DNA from: Macrostomum lignano
Taxonomy: Eukaryota
Length of the DNA stretch: 64,000 bases
NCBI GenBank assembly: GCA_002269645.1
Contig: NIVC01002687.1
Coordinates: forward strand, 85,757 to 149,756
Direction: 5' to 3'
Of the stretch, positions 61,622-64,000 are shown one piece after another. How positions within the stretch are numbered: position 1 is the stretch's first letter; every line of letters begins with the position of its first letter. Made by a program: the position numbers and the translations under genes. Below the pieces are notes generated by a model that saw only the letters and a program-made list of their open reading frames with translations, made no database searches and was not told the origin of the DNA.

Positions 61622-62840
61622 GGTTGTAGACAATGCCCTGAACAAGTACCATTAAAACACCAAAATCCTATTTGTGATGGACGGCTTGCCGGCGACACTT
61701 ATTGTTTTGTTATATTCTATAGTCAGTGTGGCAGGAATGCGTTAAGTAAGACGTCAGGACGATCTGATCTCTGCTGTCTGGTTGAGTTTTAAAAGTTTTA
61801 AGGCCTATGCGAAGCGCGTGGAATCAACTGACCAAGAACTGATAAAGAAGCCCCCAGCAGTCCAGCACCCCTACTGAGAAGTGACGCGCAGTGAATAAGA
61901 CAGCCACCCCACGCCCCACACTGTACATTGTAGGCTAAAATGTACATTGAGAAATTAGGACTCTCCCCTATTTAGCGTCAACTGGTGGTGGCGTGCCGCC
62001 TTTGCCTTTCTTCACTCGCCCAATTCGACTTTTAGATAGCAAGCAAAAACTATGAAGTACTGGTTTCCGCACCAGTGTGAGAACTGGAAATTGTACAAAT
62101 TTTGCCAGGAAATAGCTATTTATTAAATCTTCGTGAGCTCAAGTGCTGTGTACACTGAAATAGTGAAGGAAGAATTACATATGCGACAGGGGGGATCCAC
62201 GAGGCAACTCAAAATTTGAGTAATGGATGAGCTTTTGATTTCGCGAGATTTTAAACGTACTGTACACCTGCCTACGCTCGTAAAATGTAAATCCCTCTTG
62301 TAGTGCCAAAGGTTCCGAACTCTATTAAAATGCCATAATTTTCAGATTCTTTCATTTTTATCAGACAGGCGGTAACCTGTGCAATCTCAAAGCTAACAAC
62401 ATTTTTGGTTCGTATACCATCTTTTTCGATGTTAATACTCGTAGGTCATATTGACGTTTGCAGGATATATTTGCTCAATATTGTCAATTGGGCCGCTTCG
62501 TAAATGCAGCTGGTAAAGTAAATAGTGAGAGAGTATAGTAAAAAGTATGATTAACCAATAACGTTATGTTAACACAACACCCAGGTACATGTCTTATAGT
62601 TCGGAACAAAAAATAGACCGACAGTTTTAAAGTGTCTCTGAACAAATTTTAGATTAGTAAGTTTAAAATTACATGAACAGTTAATTGTATATGTAATATA
62701 GAAAATATTAATATAGATAAGAGCCGACGACCTGCAGACAACTACCATAAATACTCGTAACTTTCAAGATTACAGAAAAGACGATTGATTAAAGTGAAAT
62801 AGTTTCATTAGAACTTTTGCTTCGATTCCTAAAACTGCTC

Positions 62841-63773
62841 TCAGCACAGTCCCTGCAGCAGAGCAACTTCAGAGTCGCTCAGAGCTCTCTCTGACACTCC
62901 GAAGCATCTCATGAAGCCCTCGAAGACGCGGTTGTGACCGGAACTGCGGCTGATGGCTCCGATCTGCACTCTGCTGCCGAAGTTCGCGCACGAGGTCAAA
63001 GCGGTGGCCGAGCCGCTGGTGGCCGAGCCGCTGGTGGCCTGTCGAGTTCCGTTGACGAGGATCCTGACTTCCGGAGTCTGCCTGTCGTACACCGCGGCGA
63101 TATGGTCCAACCGCTGGCCGTGTCGGTGGGTCCAGACACTGAGACCTTCGATACAACGGTGAACTTGATGTTGGTAGTTGTAGGATAAAGCCACAATCGA
63201 GTGTGGTATGAAAAAGGCATTGTGAGGCCCTCCAGCAGAGGCATCGCACCTCTCGCTGGGTTAGTGACCTTGACCCACACGGACATTGTAAGGCTGGTGA
63301 GACACACCGAAGTCAGCTCGTCAATGTTGAACCGCTCTGACACACCCGACTGACCAGTGAAGTTGACGGCGCTGTCCGTGTACTGCATCGGGATGTTCTC
63401 CTGCAGGTCGAGATGGCCGCTGTTCGAGACCGCATTGCGAGTCCGAGTGGCGTTGCTCATGGGCCAGAAGGCGACGAGGCCGAGCTGGCGCAGGGCGCTC
63501 CACGCCTGGCAGTCGTGTCGTTCGTCAGACTGGCGGTCTGGAGGCTGTCCGACATGTTGCAGACGCCTGCGCGCCGGCTCCAGGCGATGCAGGGACGACG
63601 GAGCTTCTGAGAGCACAGGAAGGCGCACATGCGGCGCGCTCGAGGCCACCAGCGAGTGCTGCGGAGTCTGCGGCACCACGCAGCCGCCTGTCGAGGTTTC
63701 GTACTGGGCCGAGAGCGCCAGCTGTGCCAGCGACAGAGCACAAAGCGCGGAAAATGTTCGATTTGCAATGCAT
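62841..63773 (-). pseudogene. Intronless secreted protein (signal-like leader, Cys-rich PAN/apple-like module, LamG/concanavalin A-like domain) broken by about 4 frameshifts; pseudogene or consensus errors
   Basis: Stitched reading: MHCKSNIFRALC/LSLAQLALSAQY.../MCAFLCSQKLRRPCIAWS...CNM/DCQAWSALRQLGLVAFWPMS...LTMSVWVK...GW[T]HIAAVYD...ILVNG...FEGFMRCFGVSERALSDSEVALL. The last part matches the LamG-3-like pattern. Confidence 0.75.
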
Positions 63774-64000
63774 TTTCCAGCTGTCTTGCAATCAGAAAAC
63801 TCAGATATGTTTTTGAAGCTTTCTTTCTGATGCAGCTGCTTTTAAACAGAAAAATCGATTTCTGCTTGCATTGACTTTAGTTGACGGTTTGACTAGCTAT
63901 TTCGGTAAATGACAGAATGGCTGCTGGGTCTAGGAGTAAGTGACTCACTTCTGGATCCATTGTCTTCGACTACAGCATATCCAGCATCCGTTCATTTTTT

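Overview
Eukaryotic (metazoan) genomic DNA with GC-rich exons, AT-rich spacers and about 30 locus-specific tandem-repeat arrays. The style resembles a free-living flatworm such as Macrostomum, but that is inference only. Spliced by hand: OGFOD3 (+, 2 exons), a cGMP-dependent protein kinase (+, 16 exons), an AT-hook/ankyrin-repeat protein (-, 7-8 exons), IWS1/SPN1 (+, 3 exons, one 1-bp frameshift), a MATE/SLC47 transporter (-, 12 exons, one frame break), a frameshifted PAN-like + LamG-like secreted protein (-) and a 92-aa orphan ORF (-). Mobile DNA: a full-length but inactivated hAT transposon with 8-bp TSD, a nested MITE stack, related hAT ends at the window start, and a 298-bp MITE that carries a 28S rRNA-like fragment spanning the R2/I-PpoI target site. 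Most long ORFs in the six-frame track are artefacts of stop-free minisatellites. No CRISPR array, tRNA gene or intact rRNA gene was found. Repeat-array boundaries are approximate.
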